Positions 17,434 through 26,573 of a DNA stretch of 47,999 bases are shown here, piece after piece. Below the pieces are notes generated by a model, which worked only from the letters and a program-made list of their open reading frames with translations, was not told the DNA's origin and made no database searches. Origin of the DNA: Pseudomonadota bacterium. Lineage in GTDB: Bacteria; Myxococcota_A; Bradymonadia; UBA4248. The stretch covers positions 1 to 47,999 of the forward strand of contig JAFOHE010000049.1 in NCBI GenBank assembly GCA_017421975.1. Direction: 5' to 3'. A program made the position numbers and the translations under genes. Position 1 is the first letter of the stretch, and each line of letters begins with the position of its first letter.

Positions 17434-20211
17434 TTATTTTTTACCGAACCGGATACGTCTCAGGGCAACATCTAAGACGATGAGCGCGAAAGCAAACCAA
17501 AGGAAATTCGGCCAAAGGGGCGTATAGGTATGTCTTTTGACTTCGCCAGGATCGCGCATGGTCGTCAAATCGGCATCGACAAAGCCATGTGTCGTTGCTG
17601 CGACGGCGTCAAGCAAAGCGGTATTGGGCTCGAATGCGGCATATTCTGGAGCATACGGGAATGGCAGCGAGGATTGCGCGAACCCCAAACTTGTGTCATT
17701 TTGTTTGAGTTCAGCGCGAATAAAGTAGGAACCGTAGGCCGAAACGTCGAAATGTGCGGCATAGTAGCCTGGAGCAACTTGTTCGAATGGCAGTTCAAAG
17801 GCGTCGCCTTCTGGTGGTGTGACGCTGGCGAGGACGGTTAAACCGTTAATGAAGGCGTCGTTCGTGTCGATGGCATCGACGATGACCGTAGCGCGGTTAT
17901 TGTCGAGCATCGTCGTCATGGCATAGAGCGTTTCCTCTTCTTCAGACATGGTTTCTCGGACAACTTGTGCCCAGAATTTTGCAAAAGAAGCAGATTGTTT
18001 GATCCAGGCACTTGCCCAGCGATTTTTGGCATCGCTTGTAAAAACAGTTGTCGAACCGGTTCCCAGATTCCAATGCGCGAGGACTGGCGCATTTTCGGGC
18101 GATGTCAGGATAACTTCTGCACCTGGTTTGGCTTTTGTCTGCACATATCCCAGAAGCGTCTGGGGTTGAACGCCTTTGATCATGGGATTTTGCTTATTGA
18201 TTTTGGGCACAAACGGCGATTCAACGACGGCGTTATTGACGATCCTGTCCGTTTCTTCGACAAAAAGTCGCGGCACACTGGAAGCGTCATTGGCGATGTA
18301 GGCGCGGCCTTTGCCGAGGCTTGCGATACGGCTAAGAAGGACAGTATCGGCTTTGCTTAAGGCAATGGTGGAGACAGTGATCTTGGCTTTGGCCATTTCG
18401 CGGACGAGGGCATCTATGCCGGTATAGGGACTGTGACCGTCTGTCAGCAAAATGACGTGTTTGACTTTTGCGGAAACGAGGGAAAGTTCGAGGTAAGCGA
18501 GTTCGAGTGCATCTCGAATGTTTGTGCCGCCATCGGGTGCCATGCGGCTAATTTTGTCGTTAATGCTGTATCGATTGACGGCACGTGTCGTCGGTACGAC
18601 GAGGTAGGGGGCATCATCGAATCCGACGACGAGGATGCGATCCTGTGGTTTTAGCGTTGCGACGCTTTGCTTTGCGGCTTCTTTTGCCAGATCGAGGTTT
18701 CTGTTTTCGCGCATGGAACCCGATTTGTCGATGACGAGCGCGATCGCGGCGTTTGTTTTTTGTTTGGGGGTATCGGCATCGAATTTGACGGGCAATATTT
18801 TTTCGACGACGGTATCTTTGTAACCGCCTAAACCGAAGGCGTTTGAACCGCCTAAGGCAATAAAACCGCCGCCCTGACGGCGAACGTAGGATTCAAGTAG
18901 CGCCATGTTGTCGCTTGAAACGTTGATGCGGCCAGTATTGGTGACACGAGGCACGTCGCCGAGAATGACGACAGCATATTTGGCCAATTCTTTGAGTGAC
19001 GTTGGCCAACCGGCGGGCGGTCTGACATCGACATCGAAGTTTTGGCCTTCACTTTCGCCCCAACCGGCGAGGGCTCGCTGAAGATACTGTGCGGATGCGG
19101 CATCCTGTTCGATATAGAGGATTTTGGGGCGTCCTTGAATGTCGAACGCATCTTTCATGGTATTGTTCGCATGAAATGTGTCATAGGCGTCATCGACATT
19201 TTCAAGTTGGGCGAGAATTTCCATTTTGCCGGGATGATCCGGCGTCACCGTGAGCGGGATTTCGTTGAGGCCTTTTTTTATATTGAGGGTTTGCGAGAGC
19301 TTTTTATTTTTTTCGCCGTCGATGTCGAATCTGAAATCCGCCTGGGTATCGCGCGTCGATTCGATGGTCGCCACGAGTTCGAAGGGTTTACCAACGCGCA
19401 GGTTATCGCGGTCTTTGGTGTCGAGTGAGCGGATGAGGATTTCATGTTGCTCTGGAAGCGTCGGATGAATGACGTCGATGCGAATGTCATCTTGTGCTGC
19501 GCGTGCCGCCTGAGCCAGGGCATCCCCTTGTGTCTGGTTGCCATCGCTGATGAGTACAAGACGGCGTTGGTAATTCTCGGGAAAAAGTGCAGAAGCAAAA
19601 CGGATGGCAGTTTCGATGTCGGTTGCTTGTTGCTCGGGAAGGCCGGTTTCGGCGTGTCTCGCAAGAAGGGGGGCTTTCCCTCGTTCAATGGGGACGACCC
19701 GCGGCGTGGCCGCATACGTCACGACTTGTATGTCGTAATGCGTGTCTTTGGAAGCTTCGGCTTCAAGGGCTGAAGCAATGTGGCGTTCGGCTTCGTCGAG
19801 GAGTTCGTCGGGGACAGAATCGCTTACATCGACGACATAGATCATGGAGATTTGTTGATACTCGTCTGTTTTTTCGATGTCGATGAGCGCGAGTGTGATG
19901 ACGGCAATGAGTGCCACGCGTGCGATGATGCTCAGTGTCCGTTGCCACCATTTGAAATCTGTCAGCGTTCTAAAGCCAAAAAGCAGTAACAATGGCCATG
20001 CCGCGAGGATTGCCGTCCATTCGAGGTGGTTGGCGCGATACATGACCGGCATAATATCCGTATCAAAAGAAAATCCGGGAATGTGATTCAGGAACGTGTA
20101 GACATCGACGTTTGTGAATTCAGCCGTCGTACGTCCGGGTTCCATGATTCCCAGCCACCACGCGGCAAAGTTGGCGGCAAGAAGAACGATTGTGATAAGG
20201 ATACGAATCAT
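17434..20211 (-). CDS. Membrane-anchored double vWA-domain protein with glutamine-amidotransferase-like domains (925 aa)
   Basis: N-terminal and C-terminal TM helices. First vWA-like block is IYVVDVSDSV. Second vWA has a MIDAS-type motif, IALVIDKSGSM...GGTNIRDALELAY...VILLTDGHS. C-terminal block PVLAHWNLGTGSTTVFTSDAKNRWASAW is typical of the GATase1-like domain of Bat-cluster proteins. Confidence 0.8.
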   Translation of the reverse strand: MIRILITIVLLAANFAAWWLGIMEPGRTTAEFTNVDVYTFLNHIPGFSFDTDIMPVMYRANHLEWTAILAAWPLLLLFGFRTLTDFKWWQRTLSIIARVALIAVITLALIDIEKTDEYQQISMIYVVDVSDSVPDELLDEAERHIASALEAEASKDTHYDIQVVTYAATPRVVPIERGKAPLLARHAETGLPEQQATDIETAIRFASALFPENYQRRLVLISDGNQTQGDALAQAARAAQDDIRIDVIHPTLPEQHEILIRSLDTKDRDNLRVGKPFELVATIESTRDTQADFRFDIDGEKNKKLSQTLNIKKGLNEIPLTVTPDHPGKMEILAQLENVDDAYDTFHANNTMKDAFDIQGRPKILYIEQDAASAQYLQRALAGWGESEGQNFDVDVRPPAGWPTSLKELAKYAVVILGDVPRVTNTGRINVSSDNMALLESYVRRQGGGFIALGGSNAFGLGGYKDTVVEKILPVKFDADTPKQKTNAAIALVIDKSGSMRENRNLDLAKEAAKQSVATLKPQDRILVVGFDDAPYLVVPTTRAVNRYSINDKISRMAPDGGTNIRDALELAYLELSLVSAKVKHVILLTDGHSPYTGIDALVREMAKAKITVSTIALSKADTVLLSRIASLGKGRAYIANDASSVPRLFVEETDRIVNNAVVESPFVPKINKQNPMIKGVQPQTLLGYVQTKAKPGAEVILTSPENAPVLAHWNLGTGSTTVFTSDAKNRWASAWIKQSASFAKFWAQVVRETMSEEEETLYAMTTMLDNNRATVIVDAIDTNDAFINGLTVLASVTPPEGDAFELPFEQVAPGYYAAHFDVSAYGSYFIRAELKQNDTSLGFAQSSLPFPYAPEYAAFEPNTALLDAVAATTHGFVDADLTTMRDPGEVKRHTYTPLWPNFLWFAFALIVLDVALRRIRFGKK

Positions 20212-20269
20212 TTTGAGCGTAAAAAGAGGTTATGCGAAGAAACGTGGCAGATGTTTAGTATGAAAGCGG

Positions 20270-20441
20270 AGCGTATGTTGTGCAACGCAAGGCGTGCATA
20301 CATACGGTTTGCGTTGCGTTGCCCATGGCGTATGCCGACGCATCTGGTGCGTTGCACACATAGCGAAGCAGCGACGCCGTATTGACCCGAAGGGGAAAAG
20401 GCGGCGCAGAGATCGCCGTATCGTCCCGAAGGGGCGATAGG
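20270..20441 (-). repeat. TAT/ATA-C core elements in the divergent promoter region: one large-loop copy plus one good and one degenerate short copy
   Basis: GC-G-TAT-GTTGTGCAACGC...60 nt...GCGTTGCACAC-ATA-GC (20270-20363). GCC-G-TAT-CGTCCC-GAA-GGGGCG-ATA-GGC (20414-20441). Degenerate copy ~20374-20402. The bulged G on the plus strand corresponds to the bulged C on the minus strand. Confidence 0.6.
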
Positions 20442-20522
20442 CATCTCCCAATTTATCATGTTTTTTGTCTCTGTATGTGATAAAAGCACAGAATGTCATT
20501 TTGCTTTTTGAGAGGAGACGAT

Positions 20523-21524
20523 ATGGCAGAACGAGATATACAGGCTACGGTACAGGAATTTCAGACGAAGATAGGGAAGCTCAGAGACGAGATTGGGCAC
20601 ATGATCGTCGGGCAGCGTGCGATTATTGATGGCGTGATTTTATGTCTTCTCGCCGACGGTCAGGTTTTGCTTGAAGGTGTGCCGGGGCTCGGCAAGACGA
20701 TGCTCGTGCGCACGCTTGCGCAGGCGATTGATTGTCAGTTCGGACGCGTGCAGTTTACGCCTGATCTCATGCCGAGTGATATTGTCGGCACGAATATGAT
20801 TGCCGAAGACGAACATGGAAATAAATCATTTCAATTCCAGAAGGGGCCGGTTTTTACGAACATCCTTTTGGCAGACGAAATTAACCGTGCCACGCCGAAG
20901 ACGCAGTCGGCGCTTCTCGAAGCCATGCAGGAAAAGAGCGTGACGGTTGGCGGAACGACGTATAAGCTTGAAGCACCCTTCTTTGTTATGGCGACGCAGA
21001 ACCCGCTCGAAATGGAAGGTACGTATCCTTTGCCGGAGGCGCAGCTCGACCGTTTTTTGTTTAAGCTCAACGTGCCTTTCCCGACGAAAGACGAACTTCA
21101 TCAGATTCTTAACCGGACGACGTCTGGCAAAACGCCGAAGGTGCAGGCCGTGATGAGCAAAGAGGATATCATTTCTTTGCGTGCGCTCGTGTCGGAAATT
21201 CCGATTGCAGCCCATGTTCAGGATTATGCCCTGAAAATTATGCTCGGCACCCATCCGGAACTCGACGGCGCGACGAAACTTGTCAAGCAGTACGTTCGGT
21301 TTGGATCGAGTCCGCGTGGGGCACAGGCGATCATTAAGGCAGCTAAGATTCACGCCATCTTTGAAGGACGGTTTAGCGTTTCGAATGACGACATTCGTTT
21401 TGCCGCTTATCCGGCGCTCCGCCATCGAACGATTCTGAATTTTGAAGGCGAAGCCGAAAATGTATCGACGGATGAAATCATTAAGGATCTCATTAGCCAG
21501 ACCAAAGAGACAAAAGCAGGTTAG
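20523..21524 (+). CDS. MoxR-family AAA+ ATPase (333 aa)
   Basis: IVGQRAIIDGVILCLLADGQVLLEGVPGLGKTMLVRTLA (Walker A), ILLADEINRATPKTQSALLEAMQE (Walker B / sensor) and FFVMATQNPLEMEGTYPLPEAQLDRF are the classic MoxR signature. AGGAG lies upstream of the ATG at 20523. Confidence 0.94.
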   Translation: MAERDIQATVQEFQTKIGKLRDEIGHMIVGQRAIIDGVILCLLADGQVLLEGVPGLGKTMLVRTLAQAIDCQFGRVQFTPDLMPSDIVGTNMIAEDEHGNKSFQFQKGPVFTNILLADEINRATPKTQSALLEAMQEKSVTVGGTTYKLEAPFFVMATQNPLEMEGTYPLPEAQLDRFLFKLNVPFPTKDELHQILNRTTSGKTPKVQAVMSKEDIISLRALVSEIPIAAHVQDYALKIMLGTHPELDGATKLVKQYVRFGSSPRGAQAIIKAAKIHAIFEGRFSVSNDDIRFAAYPALRHRTILNFEGEAENVSTDEIIKDLISQTKETKAG

Positions 21525-21526
21525 TC

Positions 21527-22402
21527 ATGGCGCTTTTTGACGATGAATTTCTGAAAAAGATCGAATACCTTTATGTCATGTCGAAAAAGGTGTTTGCGGG
21601 CCAGAAACGGGCCGAGCGAAAGACGAAGAAAACTGCGACGGGACTTGAGTTTGCGGATCACCGAAACTACGCGCCTGGCGATGATTTTCGGTCGCTCGAT
21701 TGGAAGATTTATGGCCGAACTGAGAAACTCCTGATCCGTCTGTTTGAAGAAAAGGAGGATCTTGCGATCTATTTTCTGATCGATTGTTCAGCGTCAATGA
21801 AGAGTGGTGGCGGCGTCAAATTTGATTATGCCCGTCGCATGGCGGCTGCGCTCGCGTTTATCGGCCTCTCCAATATGGATCGCGTAAGCCTCGTACCATT
21901 CAACCACGGTGTGATCGATAGAATGCCGCTTTGCAGTGGGCGTGGACAGATTTACCGCGTCTTTAATTTCCTCGAAAAATTGGATGCAACGGAAGAAACT
22001 TCGTTTGAGGATGCGTTCAGGACATTCGCGGCACAGAATCATCGGCGCGGTGTCGCCGTCGTGTTAAGTGACCTCTATAATCCTTCCGGTTATGAGCAGG
22101 CGCTCAATTTTCTTCATTTCCAGCAGTTTGAAACTTATGTCATTCATCTGACAGATCCCTCTGAACTGAAGGCAAATATGCGCGGTGATGTCGATTTGAT
22201 CGATTCCGAGACGGGAGAACGCCTTTCAATGACGCTGACACCCAAGGTCTATAAGGCACTTCGGGAGGCGTTTGAGGCTTACTGTCTCGAAGTTGAGGCG
22301 TATTGTTCGCGTCGGCAGATGCTTTACGTGCGAACGCCTGTCGATGTGTCACTCGATGATGTCGTCTTAAAGATCTTCCGCCAGGGCGGATTCCTGAAGT
22401 GA
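21527..22402 (+). CDS. DUF58-family protein (vWA-like partner of MoxR)
   Basis: GLEFADHRNYAPGDDFRSLDWKIYGRTEKLLIRLFEEE is the DUF58 signature. Starts 3 nt after the MoxR stop. Confidence 0.87.
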   Translation: MALFDDEFLKKIEYLYVMSKKVFAGQKRAERKTKKTATGLEFADHRNYAPGDDFRSLDWKIYGRTEKLLIRLFEEKEDLAIYFLIDCSASMKSGGGVKFDYARRMAAALAFIGLSNMDRVSLVPFNHGVIDRMPLCSGRGQIYRVFNFLEKLDATEETSFEDAFRTFAAQNHRRGVAVVLSDLYNPSGYEQALNFLHFQQFETYVIHLTDPSELKANMRGDVDLIDSETGERLSMTLTPKVYKALREAFEAYCLEVEAYCSRRQMLYVRTPVDVSLDDVVLKIFRQGGFLK

Positions 22403-22409
22403 GGCAACG

Positions 22410-24419
22410 ATGATTTGGAATGGTTATACGCCAACGACCCTTCTCCCTGTCGTCGCGGTGATTGCGGTCATCCTTCTCATTTTGTACCTTCTCCGCGTTC
22501 GACGACGTGCCCAGACCGTGCCCTACCTCGGCTTGTGGAAACAGGTTGCCTTTAAGCGTCGCAAATGGGTTGAATACGTCCGAAGGATCGTCAGTTTATT
22601 GATATGGCTTTTGATCGTCGGCCTCGTCGCGCTTGCGTTGATGGATCCGCGTGTCGAAGAAGATAACGCGGCGCGTCGGCATGCCGTACTCGTTTTGGAT
22701 ACGAGCGCATCTATGGGGGCCGCCTACGATGGTGACGGTTGTTCGACGCGCTTTGAATGTGCCATTCGCGATGCACACACGTTTGTCGATAATATGACGC
22801 TGACGGATCGCATGACGATTATTGAAGCCGCCGGAAACGTACACGCGACAGGGCCTTTTACAGAGGATAAGCGCACGCTTCACGCGGCCCTTGATGCCCT
22901 TTCGGTGCATGCCGCATCCGATGACATGGCTTCCGCCCTCAAACTCGCCAATCAACTTTCTCAGGGACGTGCGGCTGCGCAGATCGTCCTCTTGACAGAT
23001 GGGCAGTTCGATGAAAAAGATGCCGATGTTTCCGATATTCCGCTGACCGTCGCCCTTGAACAAAAGACGTATGGTGAACCGGCACAAAACCTCGCCATTG
23101 AAGCGTTTAACGTGCGTCGGTACATTGCGAACCGCCTTGCTTTTGAGGCATTTATCCGCGTACATAATGGGTTTGATGTTCCTGTTACAGCGAAACTCGA
23201 AATCTATAATCTCGCCGAAAATGCCCAAAAGTGGACGCCCAATGCGACAGTCATTGCCGAAAAGACGCTGACGCTCGCGAGCGGTGAATCGGAAGTGCGC
23301 CTTTATGACGATTTGACGCTGACTTCCGGCAGAATGGCGGCGCGTGTACGCATTGTCGATCCACAGGATGCAAAGGATATTTTGCTCGAAGATGACGTCG
23401 CTTATGCCCGCGTGCCCGATTTTGCTCGCCCGGATATTCTCGTGGTTACGCCCGGTAACCTCTATCTCGAAGCAGCGCTCTTGCTCAACGAGAATTACCG
23501 CGTCAAAATTGTTCGCCCTGACGCACTCTCCGCGGGCGGAAAGCTGGATGTCGCGCCTTTGGCTGCTTCGCACGATATCGTCATCCTCGACAATTCTTAC
23601 CGCAATTTGCCGGAACTCGAACACACCGATGCTGCCGGTCGCATCTTTTTTATCAATCCACGCCAGGGGGAGGCGCCTTTTTCGCAGACTACCGTTAAGG
23701 ATCCCGTCGTTGAGCGCGTGAATTTGCGCCATGCGGTGAGCCGCTGGCTGAGCCTCAAAAATCTCAACATCAAGGAAGCGAGCGTCTTTAATCACGTCAA
23801 ATCGGATGACATGATTCTTCGCGCCATTGAAGGCCCCCTCGTCGTTTCGCACAAAACCGATACGCAACGCACACTTGCCGTGGGTTTCAGCCTCGTCGAA
23901 AGCGATCTCATCTTTCGCGTGGCTTTGCCTGTTTTGATGATTAATGCCGTCGATTGGTTTATGGATGAAGGCGGAGAACCTGTGCTTGCCAAAACGACGG
24001 GGGATGCCTGGCATGTCCGCGTCCCTGAAGGCATGTCACGGGCCAGGCTACAGCTACCCTCTGGACATACGCGCGATGGCATACCCGCGTATGGTGACCA
24101 GATGACCATCTATGGCGATGAAGCGGGCATTTATGTCCTTCGTGATGAGGAAAATCCGGCTCGGACGTACGAATTTGCCGCCAATTTCGCGAATGAAAAA
24201 GAGACGGATATGAAGCGTCCGCAGGTCAGGATCAAGACCGTGCATCATCCTGTGCCAACAGTGCTCGAAGCGACGCCGGTTGAATCGCCCGATGCTTTGC
24301 TTTCGCTGCTTTCGCGTCTCCCGTCGTCTGCGCAGAATATATGGATGATCGCTTTGTTGCTCGTGGGAGGCCTTTTGTTTGTTGAATGGCTCACGTGGCA
24401 TAGACGTTGGACGGTTTAA
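22410..24419 (+). CDS. BatA-like protein: N-terminal double-TM anchor plus vWA domain (669 aa)
   Basis: Two N-terminal TM helices flank LRVRRRAQTVPYLGLWK (aerotolerance-regulator N-terminal type). vWA start is AVLVLDTSASM. C-terminal TM is IWMIALLLVGGLLFVEWL. Follows DUF58 after a 7-nt gap. Confidence 0.8.
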   Translation: MIWNGYTPTTLLPVVAVIAVILLILYLLRVRRRAQTVPYLGLWKQVAFKRRKWVEYVRRIVSLLIWLLIVGLVALALMDPRVEEDNAARRHAVLVLDTSASMGAAYDGDGCSTRFECAIRDAHTFVDNMTLTDRMTIIEAAGNVHATGPFTEDKRTLHAALDALSVHAASDDMASALKLANQLSQGRAAAQIVLLTDGQFDEKDADVSDIPLTVALEQKTYGEPAQNLAIEAFNVRRYIANRLAFEAFIRVHNGFDVPVTAKLEIYNLAENAQKWTPNATVIAEKTLTLASGESEVRLYDDLTLTSGRMAARVRIVDPQDAKDILLEDDVAYARVPDFARPDILVVTPGNLYLEAALLLNENYRVKIVRPDALSAGGKLDVAPLAASHDIVILDNSYRNLPELEHTDAAGRIFFINPRQGEAPFSQTTVKDPVVERVNLRHAVSRWLSLKNLNIKEASVFNHVKSDDMILRAIEGPLVVSHKTDTQRTLAVGFSLVESDLIFRVALPVLMINAVDWFMDEGGEPVLAKTTGDAWHVRVPEGMSRARLQLPSGHTRDGIPAYGDQMTIYGDEAGIYVLRDEENPARTYEFAANFANEKETDMKRPQVRIKTVHHPVPTVLEATPVESPDALLSLLSRLPSSAQNIWMIALLLVGGLLFVEWLTWHRRWTV

Positions 24420-24424
24420 GGGGG

Positions 24425-24540
24425 ACGCGCTATTTGGTGCCTTTGGCACAAATACGCGCGTCTCAAGGCGCTATTTCGCTATGCTCAATACGCGCCTTGT
24501 TGCACGGCTATGCCCTGGCGATGCCAGGCCATACGCCGTG
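24425..24540 (+). repeat. Three tandem TAT/ATA-C core hairpins with covarying stems
   Basis: ACGCGC-TAT-TTGGTGCC-TTT-GGCACAA-ATA-C-GCGCGT (24425-24461). AAGGCGC-TAT-13 nt-ATA-C-GCGCCTT (24465-24498). CACGGC-TAT-GCCCTGGC-GAT-GCCAGGCC-ATA-C-GCCGTG (24503-24540, followed by T5). Confidence 0.8.
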
Positions 24541-24568
24541 TTTTTGTATGCCGTTGACGGCGGTGGCA

Positions 24569-25579
24569 TTAGCGAAGGTGTTTGATAATCGAACGGACGA
24601 GGTCGCGTATGCCATCTTGGGATTGGCAGCTGATGGCGTGAAATTCATAACCTTTTTCGCCAAAATATTTGGACAAACGCGGAATTTCGGAAGCGACGTA
24701 TTCTTCATCGCACTTATTGAGGACGACGATTTGTTTTTTTGATGCGAGTTCTTCGCTGAATTTGGCGAGTTCGAGATTGAGTTTTTCGAAATCGTGGATG
24801 GGATCGCGATCTGTTTCACACCCCTCAAGCTGATAAGTGACTTCGATGAGGTGAACGAGGATGCGCGTGCGTTCGAGGTGTTTAAGGAAGTCGTGGCCTA
24901 AACCTTTGCCATCGCTTGCACCGACGATGAGGCCAGGCACATCAGCGACGACGAAGGGATGATTTTCGAACATTTCGACGACGCCTAAATGGGGTGTGAG
25001 CGTCGTGAATGGGTAATCAGCAATTGTCGGACGTGCATTGGAAATACAGGAAATGAAGGTTGATTTGCCGACGCTTGGGAAGCCCAAAAGACCGACATCG
25101 GCGAGCAATTTTAGTTCGAGGCGAAGGCTTCGCTGTTCGCCGCGTCTGCCGCGTTCGGCGATGTGTGGCGAACGGTTCGTTGCCGTCGCGAAGTGAACGT
25201 TTCCGCGTCCACCGCGTCCGCCTTTGGCGACAATGACTTTTTGACCTGCTTCGGTAATATCACCGATTTGTTCGCCGCTTTCGATATCGAAAATGAGCGT
25301 GCCGACGGGAACAGGCACCGTAATGGTTTCGCCATTTTTACCGTGCAATTTTTCGCGTCCGCCGGGGGCACCATTTTTAGCGCGTAAAAAACGTCTATAA
25401 CGCAGATGGCTCAAAGTATTGACGCCGGCATCGCCGAGCAGAATGACGTCGCCGCCTTTTCCGCCGTCGCCGCCATCAGGACCACCTGTGGGGGTGAACA
25501 TTTCTCGTCTGAAAGAGGCTTTTCCGTCACCGCCTTTACCAGCAGTTGCCTCAACTTTGATTTCGTCTACAAATTTCAT
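24569..25579 (-). CDS. obg: GTPase Obg/CgtA (336 aa)
   Basis: MKFVDEIKVEATAGKGGDGKASFRREMFTPTGGPDGGDGGKGGDVIL is the Obg fold. G-domain motifs GFPSVGKST and DVPGLI. Downstream of rplU-rpmA. Confidence 0.96.
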   Translation of the reverse strand: MKFVDEIKVEATAGKGGDGKASFRREMFTPTGGPDGGDGGKGGDVILLGDAGVNTLSHLRYRRFLRAKNGAPGGREKLHGKNGETITVPVPVGTLIFDIESGEQIGDITEAGQKVIVAKGGRGGRGNVHFATATNRSPHIAERGRRGEQRSLRLELKLLADVGLLGFPSVGKSTFISCISNARPTIADYPFTTLTPHLGVVEMFENHPFVVADVPGLIVGASDGKGLGHDFLKHLERTRILVHLIEVTYQLEGCETDRDPIHDFEKLNLELAKFSEELASKKQIVVLNKCDEEYVASEIPRLSKYFGEKGYEFHAISCQSQDGIRDLVRSIIKHLR

Positions 25580-25803
25580 CGTTCTAAGGGATTGTCAGGC
25601 TCGAAGTCTTATAAAAACTTCGGATACGCAACGTGATGTGGCTTACCGTGCCGAAGATTTTGATTTCAGAGCAATGTCAAAAAATAGATGGGCTTAAAAT
25701 ACAAAAAAACACAAAAAGAATCGCAGAATAGAAGACAAGCGATGCTTTTTGTGTCTCGATGGGAGACGCGTGAACAGCGTCTCCAATAAGGCTTAACGTG
25801 AGT

Positions 25804-26064
25804 TTAGCCTTCGGCGGGAACAACGCTGACGCGTTTTTTGCCGCGACCATAAGTTTCGAAGCTGACGACGCCGTCTACGAGTGCGAAGAGCGTCCAGTCA
25901 CGGCCAACGCCGACATTCTGACCGGGGTGAACTTGCGTTCCACACTGACGGACAATAATGTTGCCTGCGCGGCAAGCCTGACCACCGTAAAGTTTTACAC
26001 CGCGATACTGAGGATTGCTATCGCGTCCGTTACGGCTTGAACCTTGACCTTTCTTATGAGCCAT
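25804..26064 (-). CDS. rpmA: 50S ribosomal protein L27
   Basis: [29 protein letters not shown]... is canonical L27. Confidence 0.97.
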   Translation of the reverse strand: MAHKKGQGSSRNGRDSNPQYRGVKLYGGQACRAGNIIVRQCGTQVHPGQNVGVGRDWTLFALVDGVVSFETYGRGKKRVSVVPAEG

Positions 26065-26091
26065 TTTCTTTTCTCCTAAAACCGATCGTGA

Positions 26092-26397
26092 TTAGCCGAT
26101 CGTCGAAATGCGAATTTCCGTAAAGGCCTGACGATGACCTTTTTTGCGATGATAGTTTTTCGTGCGATGGAATTTGTAGATCGTGACTTTGCGGGCACGT
26201 GCATGACGAACGACAGTGCCTTCAACATTAGCGTTTTCAACCAGCGGTTTGCCTACGCGGAGATCTTCACCTTCACCGATTGCGAGAACATCAAATTTGA
26301 CCGTTGAGCCGACTTCCGCTTTCAGCGATTCAACACGCAAAACGTCGTCCTGACTAACGCGGTACTGCTTACCACCTGTGCGTATCACAGCGTACAT
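26092..26397 (-). CDS. rplU: 50S ribosomal protein L21
   Basis: MYAVIRTGGKQYRVSQDDVLRVE...KVTIYKFHRTKNYHRKKGHRQ is canonical L21. Confidence 0.97.
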   Translation of the reverse strand: MYAVIRTGGKQYRVSQDDVLRVESLKAEVGSTVKFDVLAIGEGEDLRVGKPLVENANVEGTVVRHARARKVTIYKFHRTKNYHRKKGHRQAFTEIRISTIG

Positions 26398-26573
26398 TTT
26401 ACAACCTCAATCTTTAAATCTAACAAAAATGCGCGCATTCTTGCACGCTGACTGACAACCGTATGAACGCATATTTTGCGCCCCCCGAAATGACGCAAGT
26501 CTTTACACGTTTAACTCCTCTTACGTCAAGTTAATTTTTCAAAAGTTTGTATTTTGGACAGATATGGCTTGCG

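Noticed and set aside
22596-24014. 472-aa ORF on the minus strand
   Set aside because: It is antisense to the BatA-like/vWA gene, which has clear double-TM and MIDAS motifs and operon continuity with MoxR/DUF58. The antisense translation is R/I/F-rich with no motifs. It is a shadow ORF.
25776-25788. 13-nt identity AGCGTCTCCAATA shared by hairpins at 25762-25784 and 44450-44472
   Set aside because: Roughly ten or more 13-mer coincidences are expected by chance in 48 kb. The shared segment forms the 3' arm of one hairpin and the 5' arm of the other, so the structures are not homologous.
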